From positions 1,290,001 through 1,322,000 of the forward strand of contig FP565575.1 of NCBI GenBank assembly GCA_000091165.1: 32,000 nucleotides of DNA, written 5' to 3'. Positions 16,584-23,450 of the stretch are shown here, one piece after another. The translations under genes were made by a program, and so were the position numbers. A model generated the notes under the pieces. It was given only the letters and a program-made list of their open reading frames with translations, ran no database searches and was not told the DNA's origin. Numbering within the stretch: position 1 is the stretch's first letter; every line of letters begins with the position of its first letter. This DNA is from Candidatus Methylomirabilis oxygeniifera (lineage in GTDB: Bacteria > Methylomirabilota > Methylomirabilia > Methylomirabilales > Methylomirabilaceae).

Positions 16584-17876
16584 TCACCATGCCACTGCGA
16601 CCCTGATATCACGAACATTGATGCCGGTTGAGCCTGTCACAATTGCATCTCCGAGCCGCTCGAAGAATCCATTGGAGTCGGATGCGTCGCGGGCCTTCGA
16701 TACGTTCAGTCCGGCTGCCAGGGACCTGCTGAGTGTCGTGCCGTCTGCGAACGCCCCTGCCGCAGTCGAGTTTCCGTCGATCCCATCAGTCCCTGCGCTG
16801 AGCACGGCTATCCGTTTGCCTGCAATGATCTCTACACATTCTAAGGCGAATGCCTGATTTCGACCACCTCGTCCACGACCCAGTACCGGAGAGACCAGTT
16901 CGCCGCCGGATATGACCGCAACAGGTTTTCCAGTAAGACCATTGACTTCATCCTCAGCTCGCTGAGTCAGCGTCCTGGCGGCATCACGCGCAGTGGTATC
17001 GTCCGACATCTCGACTACGACAGGCTTCCAATCAGACTGTTCAGCGAACCTTACTGCCGCCGTGACGGCATCATCGTTGTCCAGAAGCTTGTGCCAACGT
17101 GCCGGCCGAAAGGCCGGATGGTCGGATTTCGGTGTTTCCGGTACGACGCCACCCCGGATGAGTGCCTTGATGGAGTCCGGGAGTACCGATATCAACTTAT
17201 GTCTTCGGATGAGCATCTCCATATCCTGAATGGTGGAATCATCCGGCATCGACGGCCCCGACGCTACGGAGGAAGGATAACCGCGGGGCACATCGGAGAT
17301 GTACAGCGTCAGTTGCTGCGCCGGCGCAGCAGCGACAGCGAGCTTTCCGCCCTTCACTTTGGAAAGGTGCTTCCTGATCGTGTTGGTCTCGAGGATGGTC
17401 AACTCCCCTGAAATCAGGGTCCGGTTCATCTCCACCAGGTCAACGAGAGTAATAGTATCGCAGATCGGCAGCTCGAAGCAGGCCGACCCACCGCCGGAAA
17501 CCAGGAAGATCACCGAATCATTACCGGTCATTCCATTCATCATGGTTAAGGCAGTCCTGGCGGCAGCCATGCTCTCGGTATTCGGCATCGGGTGCCCGCC
17601 TTCGAAGGTCTGAAATCGAGGATGACTCCAGCCGTTGAGCACAGGACCGGCCAATACACCGGCAAATGGGGTAATGTCGGATCGCCTGATAAGTTCCTCC
17701 GCCATATCGGGTGCGCTCTTCCCGATCGCAACGACATAAATCCTGCCTCGGGTATGACGTACAAGACCGACCATATCCTCCAACGGACAACGATCGAATG
17801 CGCGACCGATATCGCAGCAATCCAGAACAGATCCGAACAGATCAAGAAGTGTGGACTCAGCCGTTGCACAATCCAT
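16584..17876 (-). CDS. Glycerate 2-kinase / hydroxypyruvate-reductase-like protein (DUF4147 + MOFRL family)
   Basis: 430 aa. The blocks YVVAIGKSA, FEGGHPMP, VIFLVSGGGSACFE, IRKHLSKVKGGKLA, VISGGELVS and LSAGTDGIDGNSTAAGA are typical of MOFRL glycerate kinases (TtuD/GckA type). Confidence 0.82.
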   Translation of the reverse strand: MDCATAESTLLDLFGSVLDCCDIGRAFDRCPLEDMVGLVRHTRGRIYVVAIGKSAPDMAEELIRRSDITPFAGVLAGPVLNGWSHPRFQTFEGGHPMPNTESMAAARTALTMMNGMTGNDSVIFLVSGGGSACFELPICDTITLVDLVEMNRTLISGELTILETNTIRKHLSKVKGGKLAVAAAPAQQLTLYISDVPRGYPSSVASGPSMPDDSTIQDMEMLIRRHKLISVLPDSIKALIRGGVVPETPKSDHPAFRPARWHKLLDNDDAVTAAVRFAEQSDWKPVVVEMSDDTTARDAARTLTQRAEDEVNGLTGKPVAVISGGELVSPVLGRGRGGRNQAFALECVEIIAGKRIAVLSAGTDGIDGNSTAAGAFADGTTLSRSLAAGLNVSKARDASDSNGFFERLGDAIVTGSTGINVRDIRVAVAW

Positions 17877-17955
17877 CGCGGTACCTCGCCTTCTCTCCTA
17901 TGCGGCATCAGTGCGCCGCGTAAGATCCCCGGCCGTGGGAACCCGCAGGCATCAG

Positions 17956-19413
17956 CTACGGGCCGTATACCGGAAAGATGATCAGGAAGGTCGTCCCAAC
18001 ACCCGGCTCGCTCTTCACCTCGATGGTTCCCCCGTGATCCTTCACGATCCCGTAGACCACTGAGAGCCCCAGGCCGGTCCCCTTCCCGACTTTCTTGGTC
18101 GTAAAGAATGGGTCGAAGACTCGGGGGAGGCTTTCAGGAGGGATGCCGCATCCGGTATCTTCTACACGCACCTCAATCAGGGCCTCATGGGCCTCAGCAG
18201 CTACCCGTACATCCCCGCCGTCGGGCATGGCGTCAAGGGCATTGAGCAGGAGATTGACGAAGACCTGCTGAAGTAAGTCGGGATCGGCAGCAACACTGGG
18301 AAGGTCTGCGGAAAGCTTCAGTTCAACACGGATCCCTCCCATGGTCAGTTCGTGGTCCAGCAATGCCACGACATTCGAAAGGATGTTCGGCAGTGACGTG
18401 GGGGCGATGTGGGGTGGGTGGACTCTGGCGTACCCGAGGAGCTGCTCGACGGTTCGCCTGATCCGCCCGATCTGCCCAACAATGATCTGCAGGCTCTTTG
18501 ATCTGCGATCACCCCCCGAAAGCTCCGGGAGCAGATACTCCGCCCTTCCGGAGATGATATTCAGAGGCGTCCCGATCTCGTGAGCCAAACCGGCGGCAAG
18601 CCGTCCCACCGCCGCCAGCTTTTCGGAATGCTGGAGTTGCCGTTCCAGATCAAGCTTCTTGACTGTCTCCTCCAGGATCTGGCCCCTGGCCCGTTCCAGG
18701 TTTTCCGTCATCCGATTGAACTCCGCCGCCAATCGGCCCAATTCATCCCTCCGCGTAATCGGGATCCGCCGATCCAACTCCCCAGCTCCAATGGCGGCGG
18801 CTCCCTCAATCAGTGTTTGAATAGGCTTGGAGATATTTCGCTTCGTGAGGTACCAGAACGCCGTGGCGATCGCCACCATGATGGCAATTCCGGCTAAGAT
18901 GATCTCGTCCCGGCGGCGTCGATACGCTCCCTCGATCTGCGAGGTCAGGTACACGATCTCGATGACGGCAGGACCTCTGTTGATCAGTCGGATCGGGCGC
19001 AGGTAGTGGAGGGTCTGCTCCCCTTTCAACGTATCAAAGAAGCTCTTCGGCTTTTTCTGCCGGATAGCCTCTTGGAACTCCATCCTGGTCGGCGTCATCT
19101 CGATTCCTTCCTGATCTCCTCCAACAAGAGAAGTACCGTCGGCCTGAAAGAGTGTCACGCGAGCGACTCCGGCGTATCCCTTCGCCTCCTCGAAAAGCTC
19201 TTGAACGTCCTCCCACTGGTCGCGCCGGACGGCGTTCCGGACGGCCACCTCCAATGTCCTCGCCATCACCCGAATCTCCCGCTCGCGCTGCTCGATCAGC
19301 GCGCTCCGCTCCGCACTCAACTGCCGATACAGATACAGACTCGTCACGATCGCCACTGCAATCGTCAGGGAGGCAACAAGCTTTGTCCCGATTTTCATGG
19401 AAAACCGCTTCAC
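17956..19413 (-). CDS. Sensor histidine kinase with periplasmic sensor domain, HAMP, HisKA and HATPase_c
   Basis: 485 aa. TM1 is LVASLTIAVAIVTSLYL, followed by an extracytoplasmic domain of about 150 aa and TM2 (ILAGIAIMVAIATAFWYL). HAMP reads PIQTLIEGAAAIGAGELDRRIP...LAAEFNRM and the H-box is LAAGLAHEIGTPLN. The G-boxes are EDTGCGI and GTGLGLSVV. The start is ambiguous (GTG at 19413 or ATG at 19398) and neither has a strong RBS. Confidence 0.88.
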   Translation of the reverse strand: MKRFSMKIGTKLVASLTIAVAIVTSLYLYRQLSAERSALIEQREREIRVMARTLEVAVRNAVRRDQWEDVQELFEEAKGYAGVARVTLFQADGTSLVGGDQEGIEMTPTRMEFQEAIRQKKPKSFFDTLKGEQTLHYLRPIRLINRGPAVIEIVYLTSQIEGAYRRRRDEIILAGIAIMVAIATAFWYLTKRNISKPIQTLIEGAAAIGAGELDRRIPITRRDELGRLAAEFNRMTENLERARGQILEETVKKLDLERQLQHSEKLAAVGRLAAGLAHEIGTPLNIISGRAEYLLPELSGGDRRSKSLQIIVGQIGRIRRTVEQLLGYARVHPPHIAPTSLPNILSNVVALLDHELTMGGIRVELKLSADLPSVAADPDLLQQVFVNLLLNALDAMPDGGDVRVAAEAHEALIEVRVEDTGCGIPPESLPRVFDPFFTTKKVGKGTGLGLSVVYGIVKDHGGTIEVKSEPGVGTTFLIIFPVYGP

Positions 19414-19569
19414 ACTTCGAGGGCTGCCGCCATCTATTGTTTGTCCGACTGAAATAGTGTTTCGATCATTCGTTCACCTTCACTCTTCTCGAACCGCTCA
19501 GTGGCTTTTTCGCTGAACCTGTATAAGTAAATGCTTTTCAGCTTGGCATCTGAAACCCGAGCACGCTTG

Positions 19570-20136
19570 TTAATGCCTATGCTCTCCAGCGGTCAGACTC
19601 TTCATGTAAGCCACCAGATCGATGAGCTGCTGGACCGTCATGGAGTCGTTGTAGCTTGGCATCTTTGATGTGCCATCAGCGCCGAGATACTCTTCTCGTT
19701 CAGTCTTGTGGTGCTTGATCCGCCAGGCTGCGGAGGCATTCGGGTCGATCATCGTCTCGGCGAAATACTCCGCGGAGTGCATCGCCCCCATCCCCGAGAG
19801 GGCAGGCCCCACATCCCCCTGTTCGGCTTCGGCTGCGGGAAAGTCCTCACCAACAACCTCATGGCACTTGAAGCATTCAAGGTCGACGAAGACTTGCCGT
19901 CCCGCGTGATGATCTCCATCCGGGATGGTAAATCGCCACCGCGGAGGGATGGCCAGGCGGGGCTGCGGCTTGACCAGGCGTTCCTGTGGCATGAACTCAG
20001 GCGGAGGTCCCACCAGTCGATGACGGTGATGTCCCCCCTCCCTAGGAGGTACATCACTCCACCCATTTAGGACCGAGACAAGCAGAAGACTACACGTCAG
20101 AACAGCTCCCCTGACCACGCTCCCAATTATCCTCAA
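19570..20136 (-). CDS. Monoheme c-type cytochrome, His-rich, with an N-terminal signal or anchor
   Basis: I prefer the TTG start at 20136 (AAGGAG 7 nt upstream) because the track ORF start would lie inside the leader terminator. The N-terminus is LRIIGSVVRGAVLTCSLLLVSVL. It has the heme motif CFKCH and the distal Met in SKMPSY. Several His clusters are present (GGHHRHR, GDHHAG, KHHK, and the C-terminal GEHRH). Confidence 0.75.
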   Translation of the reverse strand: MRIIGSVVRGAVLTCSLLLVSVLNGWSDVPPREGGHHRHRLVGPPPEFMPQERLVKPQPRLAIPPRWRFTIPDGDHHAGRQVFVDLECFKCHEVVGEDFPAAEAEQGDVGPALSGMGAMHSAEYFAETMIDPNASAAWRIKHHKTEREEYLGADGTSKMPSYNDSMTVQQLIDLVAYMKSLTAGEHRH

Positions 20137-20205
20137 CGTTTCGCTCCTTTCGGCTCTCGACAATATCTCCTTGTTTTCAGTCTCCGTACGAACGCATGTG
20201 TAAGG

Positions 20206-20244
20206 AAATAAAAAAGCCGCCATCCGCTTGTCGCGGATGGCGGC
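20206..20244 (-). terminator. Intrinsic terminator forming the 3' part of leader element copy 2
   Basis: Minus-strand RNA reads GCCGCCAUCCGC-GACAA-GCGGAUGGCGGC (a perfect 12-bp stem) followed by UUUUUUAUUU. It lies about 70 nt upstream of the TTG start at 20136. Confidence 0.85.
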
Positions 20245-20292
20245 CCGACCACCCTCTCTCCTCCGGAAACGCATGATTGCCGTCTCCGGACC
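20206..20292 (-). promoter_or_regulatory. Structured 5' leader element, copy 2 (candidate riboswitch or transcription attenuator)
   Basis: Minus-strand RNA reads GGUCCGGAGACGGCAAUCAUGCGUUUCCGGAGGAGAGAGGGUGGUCGGGCCGCCAUCCGCGACAAGCGGAUGGCGGCUUUUUUAUUU. The architecture is the same as copy 1. Relative to copy 1, two hairpin base pairs are changed in a compensatory way (U-A to C-G and A-U to G-C). Confidence 0.6.
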
Positions 20293-20372
20293 CTGGGAAG
20301 AGTTCTGCTACATTGTTGCGTTATCGGTTTCGCGTCAACATAACGCGATCCATCGAGCAATTCTCATATTGA

Positions 20373-20400
20373 TTTTTAGCCACAACTCCTCGGAAGTCAA
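20373..20400 (-). promoter_or_regulatory. Candidate sigma70 promoter upstream of leader copy 2
   Basis: On the minus strand: TTGACT (revcomp of 20395-20400), a 16-nt spacer, then TAAAAA(T) (revcomp of 20373-20378). It lies about 80 nt upstream of the leader hairpin. A second, weaker candidate (TTGACG-17-CAATGT) lies closer. Confidence 0.3.
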
Positions 20401-20532
20401 CGCAAAAGTTAGGAATCGAACCGCTACGCCGACGTGATGGCCCATACGGGGAGCGCCTTGCAGGCGACGGTGTAGAGGGGGATCCTCACAATCACGGCGT
20501 ACTCTCGTGTGCTGCACACTCGCCCATCAGTC

Positions 20533-22692
20533 CTACCGATCCACCGGAAAGAGCGCTCGAAGGACCCCACCGTACCGATCCAGGCCAAGGAGACCCGATT
20601 CGAGGCAGACGCAAATACCCGGCGCCACCAGAAAACGGCTGTCCTTGCCGTACGCGGCCAGACGCGTATCGATCCAGCGGTCGAGCGCCGACGCGGTGAT
20701 CCCGTCATCGAGTCTCGCCCGCAGCTCTCCGAGGAAGCGTGTCGCAAAGTCGATCCGATTCTCCACGGAGACGAGCTGCGACAGGGCCAGCGCCTGCCCG
20801 GGTAGCCGCACACCGATAGTGTCAAGCAGGTAGTCCACCATCTGTCGCGTCGCGTCCGCCGCCCTCCGATTTATCTCCGGACGGCCCTCAGCTCCAACTG
20901 TACCGCCGGCCTCAACGTAGATCTTTAACTTGGGCTCGGTGCCGGATGGCCGTACCGTCACCTTCAGCCCATGTTCGAAATAGAACGTCATGACGTTACG
21001 GGAGGCGCGATCGGTGCCGGATTTGATCGGGCCATAGACGCATTCATCCCAGTAGTCGACTGCGCGCTCGAGGCCGCAGCCAGCGATGGCGGACGGCTGT
21101 TTCTGTCGTAGGGCCGCCATCATCGCGTCGATACGCTGCAGGCCTGTCACACCCTCCATGATCAGCGAGTAGACCCCCTGCGTCACGTAGCCGTAGCGGT
21201 CGTAGAGGCGATCGAGCTCATCCTGAAGTGTCTTGCCCTCGCGTTTAAGCCTCGCGATGTACTCGGCGAGCAACAGGGCCCCGCCGGCCGCATCCTTGTC
21301 GCGAAGCTCCGGCGTCACGAGCACCCCATGGCTCTCCTCGGCGGCACACAGAAAGTCGTCACACGTAGCCGTTACGTCGCCATAGCGTCCAGTGCGGTCC
21401 ACCGCCTCAAGGACCTCGGCGATGTATTTGAAGCCGACCGATAGTTCGCCGATCATCGCGACCCCATGCGCCCGCGCGATAGCCGTCATCAGCTCGGTGG
21501 TCACGCAGGTCTTCACCACAAAGGGGTGAGCGGGCATCTCGTTTCGCAATACGCGGCCTTCGATGATCGACGCGGTCAGGAGCGCCGCGATCTCGTTGCC
21601 GGTCAGAAACCTGTCGCCCTGCGCTGAGGAGACCACGACGCCGAGTCGATCGGCGTCCGGATCGGTGGCGAACGCCGCATCCGCACCCAGGCGGCGCGCC
21701 TCGGCTGCGGCCATTTCCAGCGCCTCCGGAAGCTCGGGATTCGGAATGCGGTATTTGACGTCGGGAAACTCACCGTCGTAGTCGGCCTGGCTCGGCACCA
21801 GCGCCACGCGAAAGCCGGCCTTGACCAGCACGTCGTAGACGGTTCGTCGTCCTGTGCCGTTGAGCGGGCTGTAGACGATAAAGGCGTCGCGGGCGTCGCG
21901 CACGATCGATCGCGCCAGGCTCGCATCGAGGTAGGCCTCGTGCTCGGAAGGCCCCCACCATCTGACCAGATTCTGCTGCACGGCCCGCTCAAACGGCATC
22001 TCCCGCACCTGCTGTACGGCCTGGACGGCCTCGGCCATCTCTTCATCGTGCGGCGCGATCGGTTGCCCCCCATACTCGGTATAAAACTTCGTGCCGTTAT
22101 CGTCGGGATGATTGTGGGAGGCAGAGATATTCAGACCGCCGGAGGCGCCGAGATGACGGATGGCAAACGACAGCTCCGGCGTCGAGAGCAGCAGATCGTC
22201 ACCGGGAACCGTCCAGACGATGATCCCATTACCGGCATAGACCTCCGCGGCGAGTCGCGCAAAATCGCGCGAGCGCATCCCGATCAGCGGATTGGGCAGC
22301 GACGGATCGTAGCACCCGCGAAGATCCTTGAAGATTCGACAGTCAAAGGCCACGACGACCGAGAGCGGCTCGCCGCCTTGGCGCTTACGCAGGTAATCGA
22401 CGTGGCCCTGCACCGCTGTGGCCACCGTATACGGGTTGATGCGGTTGATGCCGATGCCGACCGGACCGCGCCGTCCGCCGGTACCAAAGGGGATCACCCG
22501 GTAGAACGAGTCGAGCAGAACGTTCCACTGCCTGCGCTCGATCAGGCCCGCAAGCTGCGACCGGTATGGCGCAAACGCTGCCCCCTCTAACCATATCCGA
22601 AGATGCTCGATCGCCCCGGCGCGAAGCTGCGCCGGCACATCCAGATCGGCAAATCCCGCCTCTATCTCCTTCTCCCACTGCGATTTCATCAC
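20533..22692 (-). CDS. Alpha-D-phosphohexomutase (PgcA-like phosphoglucomutase/phosphomannomutase) with a C-terminal extension
   Basis: 719 aa. The N-terminal block is PFGTGGRRGPVG. The phosphoserine loop is NISASHNHPDDNGTKFY, the metal loop is ATDPDADRLG, the sugar loop is AAEESHG and the phosphate loop is RPSGTEPKLKIY. About 120 aa follow the last conserved loop. Confidence 0.88.
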   Translation of the reverse strand: MMKSQWEKEIEAGFADLDVPAQLRAGAIEHLRIWLEGAAFAPYRSQLAGLIERRQWNVLLDSFYRVIPFGTGGRRGPVGIGINRINPYTVATAVQGHVDYLRKRQGGEPLSVVVAFDCRIFKDLRGCYDPSLPNPLIGMRSRDFARLAAEVYAGNGIIVWTVPGDDLLLSTPELSFAIRHLGASGGLNISASHNHPDDNGTKFYTEYGGQPIAPHDEEMAEAVQAVQQVREMPFERAVQQNLVRWWGPSEHEAYLDASLARSIVRDARDAFIVYSPLNGTGRRTVYDVLVKAGFRVALVPSQADYDGEFPDVKYRIPNPELPEALEMAAAEARRLGADAAFATDPDADRLGVVVSSAQGDRFLTGNEIAALLTASIIEGRVLRNEMPAHPFVVKTCVTTELMTAIARAHGVAMIGELSVGFKYIAEVLEAVDRTGRYGDVTATCDDFLCAAEESHGVLVTPELRDKDAAGGALLLAEYIARLKREGKTLQDELDRLYDRYGYVTQGVYSLIMEGVTGLQRIDAMMAALRQKQPSAIAGCGLERAVDYWDECVYGPIKSGTDRASRNVMTFYFEHGLKVTVRPSGTEPKLKIYVEAGGTVGAEGRPEINRRAADATRQMVDYLLDTIGVRLPGQALALSQLVSVENRIDFATRFLGELRARLDDGITASALDRWIDTRLAAYGKDSRFLVAPGICVCLESGLLGLDRYGGVLRALFPVDR

Positions 22693-22807
22693 TCAAACCC
22701 CTCCTCGACGCGCCTCAAACAGATCGAATACAGGCGGAATAGCTCGAACGTGGATGGTTGAGAACGACGGTGATCCGGAAAGCTCGTATAGTCAAGCAGC
22801 GAGTGAA

Positions 22808-22881
22808 TGGCTGGGGGGCAAGGATTCGAACCTCGATAAGCAGATCCAGAGTCTGCCGTCCTACCATTGGACGACCCCCCA
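22808..22881 (-). tRNA. tRNA-Gln (anticodon CUG), CCA encoded
   Basis: I folded the minus-strand 74-mer UGGGGGGUCGUCCAAUGGUAGGACGGCAGACUCUGGAUCUGCUUAUCGAGGUUCGAAUCCUUGCCCCCCAGCCA by hand. The acceptor stem is 7 bp with U1-A72 and G73, the bacterial tRNA-Gln identity features. D stem is GUCC/GGAC. The anticodon stem is GCAGA/UCUGC with loop CUCUGGA. T stem is CGAGG/CCUUG with loop UUCGAAU. Confidence 0.93.
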
Positions 22882-22919
22882 CCAAAAATGAACGTCCAAA
22901 GGGAGAGGGCCTTTGGACG
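22882..22919 (-). terminator. Strong hairpin with U-tract between greA and tRNA-Gln
   Basis: Minus-strand RNA reads CGUCCAAAGG-CCCUCUC-CCUUUGGACG (a perfect 10-bp stem at 22893-22919) followed by UUCAUUUUUGG. This runs directly into tRNA position 1 at 22881. Confidence 0.6.
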
Positions 22920-22924
22920 GTCAG

Positions 22925-22953
22925 AATATGATGGAACAGCCGGGAAAAGTCAA
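22925..22953 (-). promoter_or_regulatory. Candidate sigma70 promoter overlapping the greA stop
   Basis: On the minus strand: TTGACT (revcomp of 22948-22953), a 17-nt spacer, then CATATT (revcomp of 22925-22930). It would drive tRNA-Gln, but it lies upstream of the terminator-like hairpin, so its role is uncertain. Confidence 0.3.
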
Positions 22954-23450
22954 GGTGAAAAAGAGGGAGCGTTGCCCTGTAAGTTCTCATGCAACGTCTG
23001 AAGCTTCATCATTTCGAAGGCCTTGGTCCCACCCGGCGTATTCATCACGACTCGATCGCCGGCCTGCTTGCCGATGAGGCTCCGCCCGATCGGGGAGGCC
23101 ACCGAAATCCAGCCACGGGCGCTGTCCATCAGCTCGGGAAAGACCAGGGTGTAGACGGTTTCCTCGCCGCTGTCCTCGTCTATGAGATGGACGGTGCTGC
23201 CCAGGGCAACGCGGTCCTTTGGGATCTGTCTCAGATCGATCTTGCTGATCTCCGCAATCCGTTGTTGCAGAAAGGCCATCCGAGCCTTGACAAAGCCCTG
23301 CCGGTCTTTGATGGTTTCGTACTCGCCGTTTTCTCGCAGATCACCTAACTCCCTGGCAGCCTGGATCTTCTTTGGGAGATCCTGCCTGAACTCTCGATCG
23401 AGTTTGTTGAACTCTTGCCGAAGGTCATCAAGCAATGCCTCAATCTTCAT
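22950..23450 (-). CDS. greA: Transcription elongation factor GreA family
   Basis: I prefer the ATG at 23450 (AGGAGG RBS), which overlaps the gltX stop as ATGA. The coiled-coil N-domain carries the acidic tip ARELGDLRENGEYETIKDRQ. The C-terminal FKBP-like domain reads VALGSTVHLID...VASPIGRSLIGKQAGDRVVMNTPGG. Confidence 0.88.
   Translation of the reverse strand: MKIEALLDDLRQEFNKLDREFRQDLPKKIQAARELGDLRENGEYETIKDRQGFVKARMAFLQQRIAEISKIDLRQIPKDRVALGSTVHLIDEDSGEETVYTLVFPELMDSARGWISVASPIGRSLIGKQAGDRVVMNTPGGTKAFEMMKLQTLHENLQGNAPSFSP

Noticed and set aside
20405-20418. A 14-nt exact match, aaagttaggaatcg, shared with 25220-25233.
   Set aside because: In 32 kb, roughly one or more 14-mer coincidences are expected by chance. 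The flanks show no further similarity and there is no structural context.
20412-20424. A tRNA-like T-loop string (revcomp GCGGTTCGATTCC) upstream of leader copy 2, considered as a possible tRNA gene or integrase att remnant.
   Set aside because: The flanking bases cannot form a T stem (AGCGG against CCTAA). No acceptor, D or anticodon arms can be drawn. It does not match the 3' end of the tRNA-Gln in the window.
22715-22990. 91-aa minus-strand ORF spanning the greA-phosphohexomutase spacer.
   Set aside because: It runs straight through the tRNA-Gln gene (22808-22881) and the terminator hairpin. It has no RBS and no recognisable protein features.
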